Assembly: GCA_026387615.1 (NCBI GenBank)
Contig: JAPLLI010000064.1
Coordinates: 1-58,162, forward strand
Reading direction: 5' to 3'
DNA from: Nitrospirota bacterium
Lineage (GTDB): Bacteria > Nitrospirota > Nitrospiria > Nitrospirales > Nitrospiraceae
DNA: 58,162 bases
Below are positions 1 through 8,263 of this stretch, piece by piece. The position numbers and the translations under genes were made by a program. The notes beneath the pieces are model-generated. The model saw only the letters and a program-made list of their open reading frames with translations. It did no database searches and was not told the DNA's origin. The first letter of the stretch is position 1, and the number at the start of each line of letters is the position of its first letter.

Positions 1-92
1 AGCGCCCGGTCACGCCGACACGCGCGCATCCGTGGCGCAAGCGCCTGCTGCCGGAAGGAACACGACACGCGGCGGCGGGCATCACATAAACC

Positions 93-134
93 GGACATTT
101 CTACTATGGGAGAAAGAGGACATTTCTACTGTGG
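93..134. repeat. Pair of 17-bp direct repeats (ggacatttctactRtgg, 25-bp period) upstream of the Sel1-repeat gene; candidate operator
   Basis: Copies at 93-109 and 118-134 differ at one base. TTGACA hexamers follow at 136-141 and 158-163. Confidence 0.4.
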
Positions 135-218
135 TTTGACAGACGGAAGGACTCAGGTTGACACTGCCCCGCTGAACGCCTAGCCTGGCGGCGCAATCCA
201 TTCCAGGGGGAGTAGCTG

Positions 219-1145
219 ATGTCACCGAGAGAGGCCCCGTCCAGACGCCCGGCTCGCACCATTCTGTGGGTGCTGTCGATCATCTGTTTCACTGTGCCTG
301 CGTGGGCCGACTTTCACGCGGGAATGGACGCCGCAAACCTCGGCGATTATGCCACAGCGTTGCGTGAGTTCCGCCCGTTGGCGGAGCAAGGGGACGCGAT
401 TGCGCAGTACAACCTCGGCGTACTGTACGCCCTGGGCCAGGGCGTCCCGCAGGACTATACGCAAGCACGGCAGTGGTATGAAAAGGCAGCGGCACAAGGG
501 GATGCGACGGCGCAGTACAACCTCGGCGTGCTGTACGCCCTGGGCCGGGGCGTCCCGCAGAACTATAGACAAGCCCAGCAATGGTATGAAGAAGCGGCGG
601 CACAGGGCTATGCGCTGGCCCAGACCAACCTCGGCGTGCTGTATGCCACGGGGCGGGGCGTGCCGCAGGACTATGCAAAAGCGCGGCAATGGTATGAAGA
701 GGCGGCACGGGGGGATACGCTGGCACAGACCAACCTCGGCGCGCTGTATGCCCTGGGCCGTGGTGTGCCACAGGACTATATAAAGGCGCGGCAATGGTAT
801 GAACAGGCCGCAACACAGGGGAATGCCGGTGCGCAGCACCGCCTCGGCGACCTCTATGCCTTAGGCCTAGGGGGCCCGCAGGATCACTCGCAAGCACGGC
901 AGTGGTATGAAATGGCGGCGGCACAGGGACATGCCGATGCCCAGACCGTCCTCGGCCGGCTGTATGAAAAAGGTGAGGGCGTGCCTCGGAATTTTATCCA
1001 GGCCCATATGTGGTTTAGCCTGTCAGCAGCGAAGGGATCTGAACTCGCGTTCAAATATCGTGTTGCGCTCGCAAAGAGGATGACCCCACTCCAAATCACC
1101 AAGGCGCAAAAGTTAGCGAGGGAATGGAAATCGAAGACGCCGTAA
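219..1145 (+). CDS. Secreted Sel1-like repeat (SLR/TPR-like) protein
   Basis: N-terminal hydrophobic signal-like segment. About 6-7 tandem 36-aa units of the type AQYNLGVLYALGQGVPQDYTQARQWYEKAAAQGD, which is the Sel1 signature. Confidence 0.85.
   Translation: MSPREAPSRRPARTILWVLSIICFTVPAWADFHAGMDAANLGDYATALREFRPLAEQGDAIAQYNLGVLYALGQGVPQDYTQARQWYEKAAAQGDATAQYNLGVLYALGRGVPQNYRQAQQWYEEAAAQGYALAQTNLGVLYATGRGVPQDYAKARQWYEEAARGDTLAQTNLGALYALGRGVPQDYIKARQWYEQAATQGNAGAQHRLGDLYALGLGGPQDHSQARQWYEMAAAQGHADAQTVLGRLYEKGEGVPRNFIQAHMWFSLSAAKGSELAFKYRVALAKRMTPLQITKAQKLAREWKSKTP
309..1037 (+). repeat. Intragenic tandem 108-bp (36-codon) Sel1 units, several near-identical at DNA level
   Basis: Recurring cagtacaacctcggcgtRctgtacgccctgggccRgggcgtcccgcag blocks are visible in the sequence. 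Confidence 0.7.
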
Positions 1146-1336
1146 GTCCCAACGCGACGCGACGCGACGCCACCACGCTCGCGCCAATCAAGCAAACTGT
1201 GCCTCAATCAGCGGGCCGTCGGCTCAACCCCTGCACGCCTCACCAAAATTCTTCTCTCCATCGCATCCCCTCCTCCCCCTGATCCTTCCTCCGTGAAATC
1301 CTGGGCGGGCATACGGCCCACGTCTATTCCGGAAGA

Positions 1337-2353
1337 CTAGAATTGGTATTGAACGCCAAGCGACGTATTGGTATTGAAAAAGTCGCGGGTCCCGACATTC
1401 GAGGATCGCTGGCTCCGCTGAAATCCCAGGGTCACCGCCGTGGCCCGATTCATCTCATACCGCAGCTCCGCAGACCCCTGATGCGTCGTATCGACCACCC
1501 CTCGATTCGAATCCCCGACAATCTCGCTGGTAAACATTTTCCGCCTGTAGGCATAGCCGACGGTCAGAGACAGGGACGGATTCATCCAGGCTGTGGCCCC
1601 CAGTGACGCAAAATGCTGGCGGTAGGAGACATCGTCCTTGAATTGGATCTCCTGCCGCCCATCCGACAATCCCCGCTCATAGAGATAGGCCGTCGCCAAC
1701 CTGAGCCAGGAGTTGATGGCCCATTCCAGCTGCGGTCCCGACGTCCAGAACGTCGTATCCCGCTCCGCAAATGCCTCATTGAACTGGCGAAGGCCGTAAC
1801 GGCCGACCAGGGTGGCGGTGAAAGACTCGGTCAGACGCCGCTCCAGTTGCAGCCGCCAGATATGGGACGTCACCCGCTCTTCTTCTTCCAACCGTCGTCC
1901 GGTGCGCCGTTCATTGTTCGGGCCCAAAAAGAGATTTGGCACATAGCGATAGCGGAGCAGCACGGACGTCTCAGGATCGAGCGCCTGCCTCACTTGCATC
2001 CGGTAGTTTCCGTGATTGAAGAGAGGATTGTCGGTATAGATGAAGCCATGCGCTTTGAATGAGACTTCGGTCTGACCAAAATTTGTGGGAGTGGAGGTAT
2101 GGCGAACATCGAGGGAAGGCTCCCAGACGATATCGCTGGGCTTCTTTACCGACACGATGGCCGGCTGACTGGGATCTTCGCTCAGGCTCAACCGTCTAGC
2201 CGACGAATGTTCGAACACGTTGTCCGTGTAGAGGGCTTTGGTCTCCGCGATGGCGGACCAGTCTGCTCTCGCCTCGTAGGGCGCGAAAATCAGCGCGCTG
2301 AATAATAGGAAGAACAGGCCTTGGAGCATCAACCTGGCGTGAACCCCTGCCAT
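1337..2353 (-). CDS. Putative outer-membrane beta-barrel protein
   Basis: Signal peptide ending ARA/DW, alternating amphipathic strands rich in Y/R/T, C-terminal ...GVQYQF (terminal aromatic typical of OMPs). The start lies 3 nt after the cytochrome c stop. Confidence 0.55.
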   Translation of the reverse strand: MAGVHARLMLQGLFFLLFSALIFAPYEARADWSAIAETKALYTDNVFEHSSARRLSLSEDPSQPAIVSVKKPSDIVWEPSLDVRHTSTPTNFGQTEVSFKAHGFIYTDNPLFNHGNYRMQVRQALDPETSVLLRYRYVPNLFLGPNNERRTGRRLEEEERVTSHIWRLQLERRLTESFTATLVGRYGLRQFNEAFAERDTTFWTSGPQLEWAINSWLRLATAYLYERGLSDGRQEIQFKDDVSYRQHFASLGATAWMNPSLSLTVGYAYRRKMFTSEIVGDSNRGVVDTTHQGSAELRYEMNRATAVTLGFQRSQRSSNVGTRDFFNTNTSLGVQYQF

Positions 2354-2356
2354 GAT

Positions 2357-2809
2357 TCACGGACGACCAAAAGACCGGACGTAGAGCAGAACCTGCCAGG
2401 CTTCTTCTTCTGTCAGCACGAGAGGAATGAAAGGAGCCATGGCCGTTCCCTTACTGCCATTCTTCAGAATCCAGAACAGCTCCCCATCGGTTCGCGCGGC
2501 TTGCCAGGCTCTATCGGTGAAATTTCTCGGCAGGGGACCCTTCAAACTCCCCGGCGCAATATCTCCTCCCAGCCCCTTCCCATCTGCTCCATGACAGGCC
2601 TTGCAAAAGGCTTTCCCTTCGAACAGGGCCTTGCCACTCGCAATCATTTCGTCGCTGGCAGGGAGGGGATTGGTGACGGCACGAGCCGCGTCGATCTGAT
2701 CGCGCGGCACACGAGGGCGGAGAATCTCCTGGCTGGCGCCCCACGACAGGGGCACAGTCTGGAGGAGCAGTGCACCAGCCACCAGAACTGCCAGAAAAGA
2801 ACTATTCAC
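2357..2809 (-). CDS. Monohaem class I c-type cytochrome, periplasmic
   Basis: Signal peptide, a single CKACH (CxxCH) motif and a distal Met in GTAMAPF. GTG start with GGGAGG about 8 nt upstream. Confidence 0.8.
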   Translation of the reverse strand: MNSSFLAVLVAGALLLQTVPLSWGASQEILRPRVPRDQIDAARAVTNPLPASDEMIASGKALFEGKAFCKACHGADGKGLGGDIAPGSLKGPLPRNFTDRAWQAARTDGELFWILKNGSKGTAMAPFIPLVLTEEEAWQVLLYVRSFGRP

Positions 2810-2874
2810 GCGTCAGACCTCCCGCAACAAAAGCTCAGAGGAGAGCAGGGAGGACTCCCTCCCTGCTCAACTCG

Positions 2875-3420
2875 CTATTTGTCCGTTTTCTCCGCCTTCC
2901 GGTGCTTGTGGCCGACATACTGAGGATGACCGACCGTTCCATTGGGAGCCTTGGCTCCATCCGGCCAGAGGTGGAAGATGATCCCGTCCGTCTGAGCCGC
3001 AATCGCGGCCACTTCCTTAGCCTGTGCATCCGGCATATCCAAAACCTGGACGCGGCCGGTCGCAATCTCGACCTCGTGGTCATGGTAATACTTGTTCCAG
3101 GTCTTCAACGGCACATGCGCGCGCGAAACTGACTTGGACACAAAATACTCGACATCCGTGAGCCGCGCATTCGGCTCGGTCGATTCAAACAGCAGACATT
3201 GAAAAACTTCCGGAGAGATCCCCTTGCAATAATGGTGATAGGGACCATGGACCGTGCCGTCTTCAAATTTGTGCGGGGCCATCACATGAATGTTGAAACC
3301 ATCGGCTGGGCCGGGCTTCTTCTCCGCTGCCGGAGCAGCAGCGCTGCCCTGGGCAAAGGCCGTTCCCATGGATAAGACAGCGACACTCAATAGAGATGCG
3401 ATACTTAGGGCTCGAATCAT
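2875..3420 (-). CDS. Secreted DUF1264-like protein
   Basis: Signal peptide (AFA/QG) and His/Cys/Trp-rich conserved-looking blocks (GPYHHYCKG, IIFHLWPDG). The family assignment is from memory only. GGAGG RBS. Confidence 0.55.
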   Translation of the reverse strand: MIRALSIASLLSVAVLSMGTAFAQGSAAAPAAEKKPGPADGFNIHVMAPHKFEDGTVHGPYHHYCKGISPEVFQCLLFESTEPNARLTDVEYFVSKSVSRAHVPLKTWNKYYHDHEVEIATGRVQVLDMPDAQAKEVAAIAAQTDGIIFHLWPDGAKAPNGTVGHPQYVGHKHRKAEKTDK

Positions 3421-3491
3421 GAGGACCTCCTAGGTTGGGGATGGAATACGCGACTGACTATGGGAGACACAAGGATTTTAAAAGGATTCAC

Positions 3492-4574
3492 CTAATTTTT
3501 GGGAATTTTTGGGAGCTGAAAGGGAATCGGCTCCCCCGTCAAAGCCTTCAGAAATGCCACGAGATCGGCCTTCTCCTCAGCAGTCAGATTGAGCGGTTTG
3601 ACGAACGGACTCAAATTCGGATTGGCTCCCCCTCCGGCATTGAGAAAATCCACGACTTCTTCGGAAGTCTTGAAGGCCCCGTCGTGCATATAGGGAGCAG
3701 TCTCGCTCATGCTCCGCAGCGTCGGCGTCTTGAAAGCGCCCTTGTCCTTCTCTGCCTTGGTCACATAATAGCGGCCCAGATCTTCCTTCAGCGGCCCGAC
3801 TTGCGGCACACCAAGATTGTGGAACTGATTATCGGTAAAGTTCGGCCCGTTATGACAAAGAATGCAGCGGGCCTTGCCCTTGAACAGGGCCAGACCTCGC
3901 ACCGCGGATTCACTCATCGCGGTGCTATCACCGGCCACATACTTATCGAACGCGGAATTGGTTGACAGGATGGTGCGCTCATAGGAGGCAATCGCCTCAG
4001 CCATTCCTTGCAGATTCACCTCAGTCCCAAAGACGGATCGAAACTGCTGCTGGTAGCCCTTGATCTTGCCGAGCTTCTTCACGACATTCTCGTGCGTCTC
4101 GCCCATCTCGATCGGATTCTGAATCGGCCCAATGGCCTGTTCTTCCAGGGAGCGCGCGCGCCCATCCCAGAATTGCACCTGATTGAAGGCCGTATTGTAG
4201 ACCGTGGGAGACTGCCGCCCACCCACGCCGCCTTCGATCCCGATAGAGGTTTGACGGGGATCGGCAAATCCGGTCGCAGGGTTATGACAAAAGGCACAGG
4301 AGATCGCGCCACTCTTCGACAGACGGCCATCGAAATACAGCTGCTTGCCGAGCTCGACTTTCGCCTTGTAGATCAGATTCGTGGACGGAGTCGGAACGGA
4401 CGTCGTGAGTGGACCGATATCCGGGACCGTCACCCCATCGATCGTCACGGTTCCATGCGGCGCATGGCTGGAGGGTGACGCCTGCGCCGACGTTAAATCG
4501 TCGAACCGGGTCAGCCCTGCCACAGAGACCATCAACCCAACCAGACTAGCGACCAATAGATGCTTGTTCGTCAT
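3492..4574 (-). CDS. Di-haem cytochrome c peroxidase (CCP/MauG family)
   Basis: Two haem motifs (CAFCHNP and CILCHNG), FWDGRA, PYMHDG and a signal peptide. Start moved to the second ATG (4574), which has GGAGGA at good spacing. Confidence 0.9.
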   Translation of the reverse strand: MTNKHLLVASLVGLMVSVAGLTRFDDLTSAQASPSSHAPHGTVTIDGVTVPDIGPLTTSVPTPSTNLIYKAKVELGKQLYFDGRLSKSGAISCAFCHNPATGFADPRQTSIGIEGGVGGRQSPTVYNTAFNQVQFWDGRARSLEEQAIGPIQNPIEMGETHENVVKKLGKIKGYQQQFRSVFGTEVNLQGMAEAIASYERTILSTNSAFDKYVAGDSTAMSESAVRGLALFKGKARCILCHNGPNFTDNQFHNLGVPQVGPLKEDLGRYYVTKAEKDKGAFKTPTLRSMSETAPYMHDGAFKTSEEVVDFLNAGGGANPNLSPFVKPLNLTAEEKADLVAFLKALTGEPIPFQLPKIPKN

Positions 4575-4700
4575 GATCATTCCTCCAAGGCTCGAATCAA
4601 CTACGCCTCCGTTGATTCTATCGCACTGAAGATACCACGGGTCGATTCGTTTTAGCAGAGAACTTCTTGCCCACGGATGAGCGCCGTGAATATATGTAAG

Positions 4701-4728
4701 ATACTGATTGTACTGATTGTACTGATTA
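4701..4728. repeat. Three tandem copies of a 9-mer (tactgattg / tactgatta) in a visibly AT-richer intergenic region
   Basis: Read directly: atactgattg tactgattg tactgatta. It lies about 60-85 nt upstream of the small HExxH ORF. Confidence 0.7.
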
Positions 4729-4784
4729 TATTGGCCGTAATGCCAATGGTCTCTTTGTGATACGCTAACAGGCGATCAGGAGCA

Positions 4785-5045
4785 ATGATTATGGCGATGT
4801 TGCGCATGCCTTCTCGAGTCGTCCTCCCCTTCGGCTATCGGATCTCCGTACGTCAGATTTCCGATACGGAAATGGACAATCGGGACCCCAATGCCGACGG
4901 CATCTGGGACGACTCCACCAAAACCATTTATCTTCGCAAACGTTTACCCGTCACGAGACGGCGCTACATTCTCGCGCACGAATTGGGCCATGCCTGGCTC
5001 GACTGGCAGCATCGGTATCTGGATGATGGCAAGGCCAAAACATAG
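4785..5045 (+). CDS. Small orphan HExxH protein resembling the ImmA/IrrE (M78) metalloprotease core
   Basis: KTIYLRKRLPVTRRRYILAHELGHAWLD resembles the ImmA/IrrE motif (...rqrFtlaHElgH). AGGAG lies upstream, and the third-codon ATG at 4791 has better spacing. Only 84-86 aa, so it may be a remnant. Confidence 0.4.
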   Translation: MIMAMLRMPSRVVLPFGYRISVRQISDTEMDNRDPNADGIWDDSTKTIYLRKRLPVTRRRYILAHELGHAWLDWQHRYLDDGKAKT

Positions 5046-5200
5046 CAGGCCGCTGAAAAATGCCCCCAGCTTCGCTCTCCCCTCGAAAGCATCCTCAACG
5101 TAGCCAGAGGCTACGCCTCCGGTGCTTTCATCGGCTGCGGCCTTGCTGGCGGCCTTTTTGAGCAGCCTGCGGGAACGGCCTATCTTGCACCAAAAATTCT

Positions 5201-5686
5201 TCACCCTGTTTGCTTCGCCCCGGCAAGCTTCAACACCACCGCCCATTCCGCTTCCGTCACAGGCTGGACCGAGAGACGGGAGCCCTTTCGCAACAGGACC
5301 ATGTCTTTCAGTCGAGGCTCCTGCCTCAATCGCTCCAGTGACAGACTAGCCTTGAAGGTCTGCCGATACCGGATGTCCACCATATCCCACCGTGGAGCAG
5401 AGGGAGGGCTGGCCGGATCATAATGATGGTGGGTCTTCTCGAACTGCGTCCCGTCCGGGTAGGCAGTCCGCACGACCTCCGCAATCCCCACCACAGCCGG
5501 CGGCTCAGCATTACTATGGTAAAACAGCACGAGATCCCCGACTGCCATCTCCCGCATGAAATTCCGCGCCTGATAGTTCCGCACCCCATCCCAACTGGTG
5601 GTCTGCGTTGGGGCTTGCGCCAGATCCTCGATTGAAAACACGCGCGGCTCCGATTTCATCAGCCAATAACGGCGTCCCGGCGTCAT
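5201..5686 (-). CDS. EVE (PUA-like, DUF55) domain protein
   Basis: RYWLMKSEP...WDGVRNYQARNFMREMAVGDLVLFYHS matches the EVE-domain pattern. Start trimmed to the internal ATG at 5686, because the upstream 157 codons are low-complexity and overlap the divergent gene. Confidence 0.8.
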   Translation of the reverse strand: MTPGRRYWLMKSEPRVFSIEDLAQAPTQTTSWDGVRNYQARNFMREMAVGDLVLFYHSNAEPPAVVGIAEVVRTAYPDGTQFEKTHHHYDPASPPSAPRWDMVDIRYRQTFKASLSLERLRQEPRLKDMVLLRKGSRLSVQPVTEAEWAVVLKLAGAKQTG

Positions 5687-5767
5687 CTGCCCCCTCTTCC
5701 TGCTTGGTCCTTCAGCTGATTCCCTGTATGCTGCCAGCGATATCTCACGTTCAATTGAGGTCTCCTG

Positions 5768-6580
5768 ATGGAACTGACTCCATTCTTCTTCGGTCTCTAT
5801 AAGTTCGTCAAGTACGGCCTCTACCCCCTCACCTGGGTCCTGCTGCTCCTCAGCGCCGCCACGGTCTTGGCCTTTCGCCCCTTCTCGCCAGCAAACGTAC
5901 GGTGGCTGCGCCGGCTCCTCGCATCCTCCCTCCTCCTCCTTGTGGTGCTGTCCAGCCCGTTGATCGCCACCCTGCTGATCGGCTCGCTGGAGGCCCGGTA
6001 TCAACCGCCTCAGCTGGCGCCATCCGATCGCTTCGAGGCCATCGTCGTCTTGGGAGGAGGCATCCATGAGAAGGGCTCGCTCAGACCAACCGACGAGCTG
6101 TCTTCTACTTCCAGAAATCGAACGACTTGTGGAGTAGATCTCTACCAACAGGGCCATGCCACGACATTGATCCTGACAGGGGGAGATGCCAGGATCTTCG
6201 GGACCGGCCCCCAGGAAGCGGCCGAAATGAAACGTTGGGCCCTCCGCCTCGGCGTTCCAGAATCTGCCACGATGATCGATACCGGGTCGAGAAACACCTA
6301 TGAGAATGCCACGGGAACCAAACGGCTTATCGGGCCTGCCTCGATTCTCCTCGTCAGCTCAGCCAGTCATCTACCCCGTGCCGTTCCTGTATTCCGCAAG
6401 CAGGGCTTCCGCGTCATGCCAGCCCCCTGTGATTATGTCTCACGGGACCTGCCTGGAGAAAGCTCGGACGGCCTCGACCTGTTTGATTTCTTGCCGGATG
6501 ATGACGCGTTACAGCGCACGACAGAAGCGGTCACAGAAATGGCCGGCATCGTGATCTATTGGCTGGCAGGGAAACTCTGA
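5768..6580 (+). CDS. YdcF/ElyC family (DUF218) membrane-anchored protein
   Basis: N-terminal TM helices followed by VVLGGG, LILTGG and SSASHLPRA motifs typical of DUF218. Confidence 0.75.
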   Translation: MELTPFFFGLYKFVKYGLYPLTWVLLLLSAATVLAFRPFSPANVRWLRRLLASSLLLLVVLSSPLIATLLIGSLEARYQPPQLAPSDRFEAIVVLGGGIHEKGSLRPTDELSSTSRNRTTCGVDLYQQGHATTLILTGGDARIFGTGPQEAAEMKRWALRLGVPESATMIDTGSRNTYENATGTKRLIGPASILLVSSASHLPRAVPVFRKQGFRVMPAPCDYVSRDLPGESSDGLDLFDFLPDDDALQRTTEAVTEMAGIVIYWLAGKL

Positions 6581-6755
6581 ATGCCGAGCGCTAAACGATG
6601 ACCGGAAAAACGATTCTCACCTTCGACGTTCATCGCTCACCGTTCAGCATTTCCAGGCAGGCGACTTCCCAACAGCCTGCCGGCTCGCGGTTGACCAGCC
6701 GCAGACCGCTTCTCTATGATGCCGACAAGAAAATGGTTCAGGGTGAAGAGTTTGT

Positions 6756-7526
6756 ATGGTCGAACGATTTGACATCTCACTAAATACCCCGGCTGGACGG
6801 CTGACTACGGCCATCGACGTGCCGACGGGACTGATCCCCATCACGGCAATTGTGCCGGTCACTCGTCGCCTGGGCGAGGAAGCCGCGCAGCTGGAAGCCC
6901 AGCAGGCCATCGAAGCAGGCCAGACCATCTCCTGCCGAATGGGCTGCGCCGCCTGCTGCCGCATGCTGGTGCCGCTCTCTCCACCAGAAGCCTTTTCGCT
7001 GCGGGACTATGTGGGACAGCTGCCGACTGACCGGCGCACCCTTCTCTTGACGCGCCTCAGCGAGACGAGGGATCGGTTGAAAGAAGCGAACCTATGGGGT
7101 CAACTCAATGGCGTGGCAGAAGCCTCCAAGCCTATACCCGACGAAGCACTGGACCCGATTAACCGGGCCTACTATGCGCTGAGAATTCCCTGTCCCTATT
7201 TAGAAAATGAGATGTGTTCGATTTACGAGGCCAGGCCTGCCGCCTGCCGTGAACTTCTGGTCACTTCTCCGGCTGAACTCTGCCAGGATCTAGTCGAAAA
7301 TCCTGTCAGGCCCCTGCCGGTCTCGATGCGCATCGGTTCCATCCTGGGGCTGGTCTGGGGAACCTTGACCAACTCTCCCCCCCGGCTCATCCCGCTCCCG
7401 ATGGCCCTGGAATGGGCCGAGCGGCATGTAGCGGCATCCCGCCAGACCTGGCCCGGCTCATCCCTCTTGGACCAGGTCCTCGACAATATGTGGCGGTTTT
7501 TGAGCCAGGCATTTCAGAAGAAGTGA
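6756..7526 (+). CDS. YkgJ-family cysteine-cluster (UPF0153) zinc/iron-binding protein
   Basis: CRMGCAACCRMLVP (CxxCxxCC) plus a distal CPYL...CSIYEARPAACRE cluster. Confidence 0.7.
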   Translation: MVERFDISLNTPAGRLTTAIDVPTGLIPITAIVPVTRRLGEEAAQLEAQQAIEAGQTISCRMGCAACCRMLVPLSPPEAFSLRDYVGQLPTDRRTLLLTRLSETRDRLKEANLWGQLNGVAEASKPIPDEALDPINRAYYALRIPCPYLENEMCSIYEARPAACRELLVTSPAELCQDLVENPVRPLPVSMRIGSILGLVWGTLTNSPPRLIPLPMALEWAERHVAASRQTWPGSSLLDQVLDNMWRFLSQAFQKK

Positions 7527-7609
7527 TGGGTGATGGGTGACCAGTGATGAGACATGCAGGATTCACTCAGTCATCTTGCTCTTATCACCCATCACCGATC
7601 ACTCATCAC
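7523..7609. repeat. Family-1 heptamer hairpin (GTGATGR arms / YCATCAC arms), empty copy
   Basis: Left arm gtgatgggtgatgggtgaccagtgatgag, right arm tcacccatcaccgatcactcatcac. The ykgJ-like stop TGA (7524-7526) lies in the first heptamer. Confidence 0.8.
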
Positions 7610-7645
7610 ATTGGCAGTGAAAATGACATCCAAGGAGAAACGCGA

Positions 7646-8263
7646 ATGCAAAAGCCCGTCATTATCTGTTTAGACTTAGAAGGCGTGTTAGTGCCGGAGA
7701 TCTGGATCAACGTCGCACTCAAGACCGGCATCGAAGAACTCAAAATTACGACCCGCGAGATGCCGGATTATGACGCCTTGATGAAGCGCCGCCTGGCCAT
7801 TTTGGATCAGCACAAGCTCACCATTCACGATATCCAGCAGGTCATCGACAAGATGGGCCCGCTGGAGGGAGCCATTAATTTTGTCGCCTGGATTCGCGAG
7901 CGCTGCCAGGTGATCATCCTGTCTGACACGTTCTATCAGTTCGCCCAACCGCTGATGCGCCAGTTGGGATTTCCGGCGCTCTTTTGCAACCAGCTGGAGA
8001 TCGATCCCACGGGCCGTATCGTCAATTACCACATGCGGATGCAGAACCAGAAAAAACATTCGGTGGCGGCACTTAAGTCCCTCAATTTTCACATCCTGGC
8101 AGCAGGCGATGCCTACAACGACACAGCCATGTTGGGCGAAGCCCATGCGGGATTCTTCTTCTGTCCGCCGGATCACCTCCCCAAGGAGTTCCCGCAGTTT
8201 CCTGTGACGAAAACCTACGGGGAGCTGCAAGCGCGATTCGCAGAGGCGGGAGGGCTTACATAG
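7646..8263 (+). CDS. thrH: ThrH-type phosphoserine phosphatase / homoserine phosphotransferase (HAD family)
   Basis: Near-colinear resemblance to Pseudomonas ThrH as I remember it (CLDLEGVLVPEIWI, ILSDTFYQFAQPLMRQLGFP, AAGDAYNDTAMLGEAHAGFFF). Start set at ATG 7646, preceded by AAGGAGA; the upstream ORF extension is repeat-encoded. Confidence 0.85.
   Translation: MQKPVIICLDLEGVLVPEIWINVALKTGIEELKITTREMPDYDALMKRRLAILDQHKLTIHDIQQVIDKMGPLEGAINFVAWIRERCQVIILSDTFYQFAQPLMRQLGFPALFCNQLEIDPTGRIVNYHMRMQNQKKHSVAALKSLNFHILAAGDAYNDTAMLGEAHAGFFFCPPDHLPKEFPQFPVTKTYGELQARFAEAGGLT

Noticed and set aside
1153-1172. gcgac pentamer run (gcgacgcgacgcgacgcc) after the Sel1 gene
   Set aside because: It is only three to four units of a GC-rich pentamer with no partner or structure, which is consistent with chance in high-G+C DNA.
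1337-2809. Split Cyc2-like porin-cytochrome (iron oxidation) reading of the cytochrome c plus barrel pair
   Set aside because: The cytochrome looks like a standard soluble class I cytochrome, with the haem site mid-protein and a distal Met, and it is adjacent to a CCP that needs such a donor. The idea is kept only as a remark inside the operon finding.
5687-6157. Upstream 157-codon extension of the EVE-domain ORF, and similar 5' extensions at 12539-12709, 21805-21912, 24005-24040, 27557-27637, 34871-35026, 37011-37052, 40263-40460, 47993-48136 and 54132-54200
   Set aside because: The extensions are compositionally odd, precede obvious signal peptides or conserved N-termini, overlap neighbouring genes, and usually lack an RBS. 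The internal ATGs have good Shine-Dalgarno sequences.
7544-7645. N-terminal extension of the thrH ORF (MMRHAGFTQSSCSYHPSPITHHIGSEN...)
   Set aside because: It is a translation of the family-1 hairpin. A well-placed AAGGAGA-ATG at 7646 matches the conserved ThrH N-terminus.
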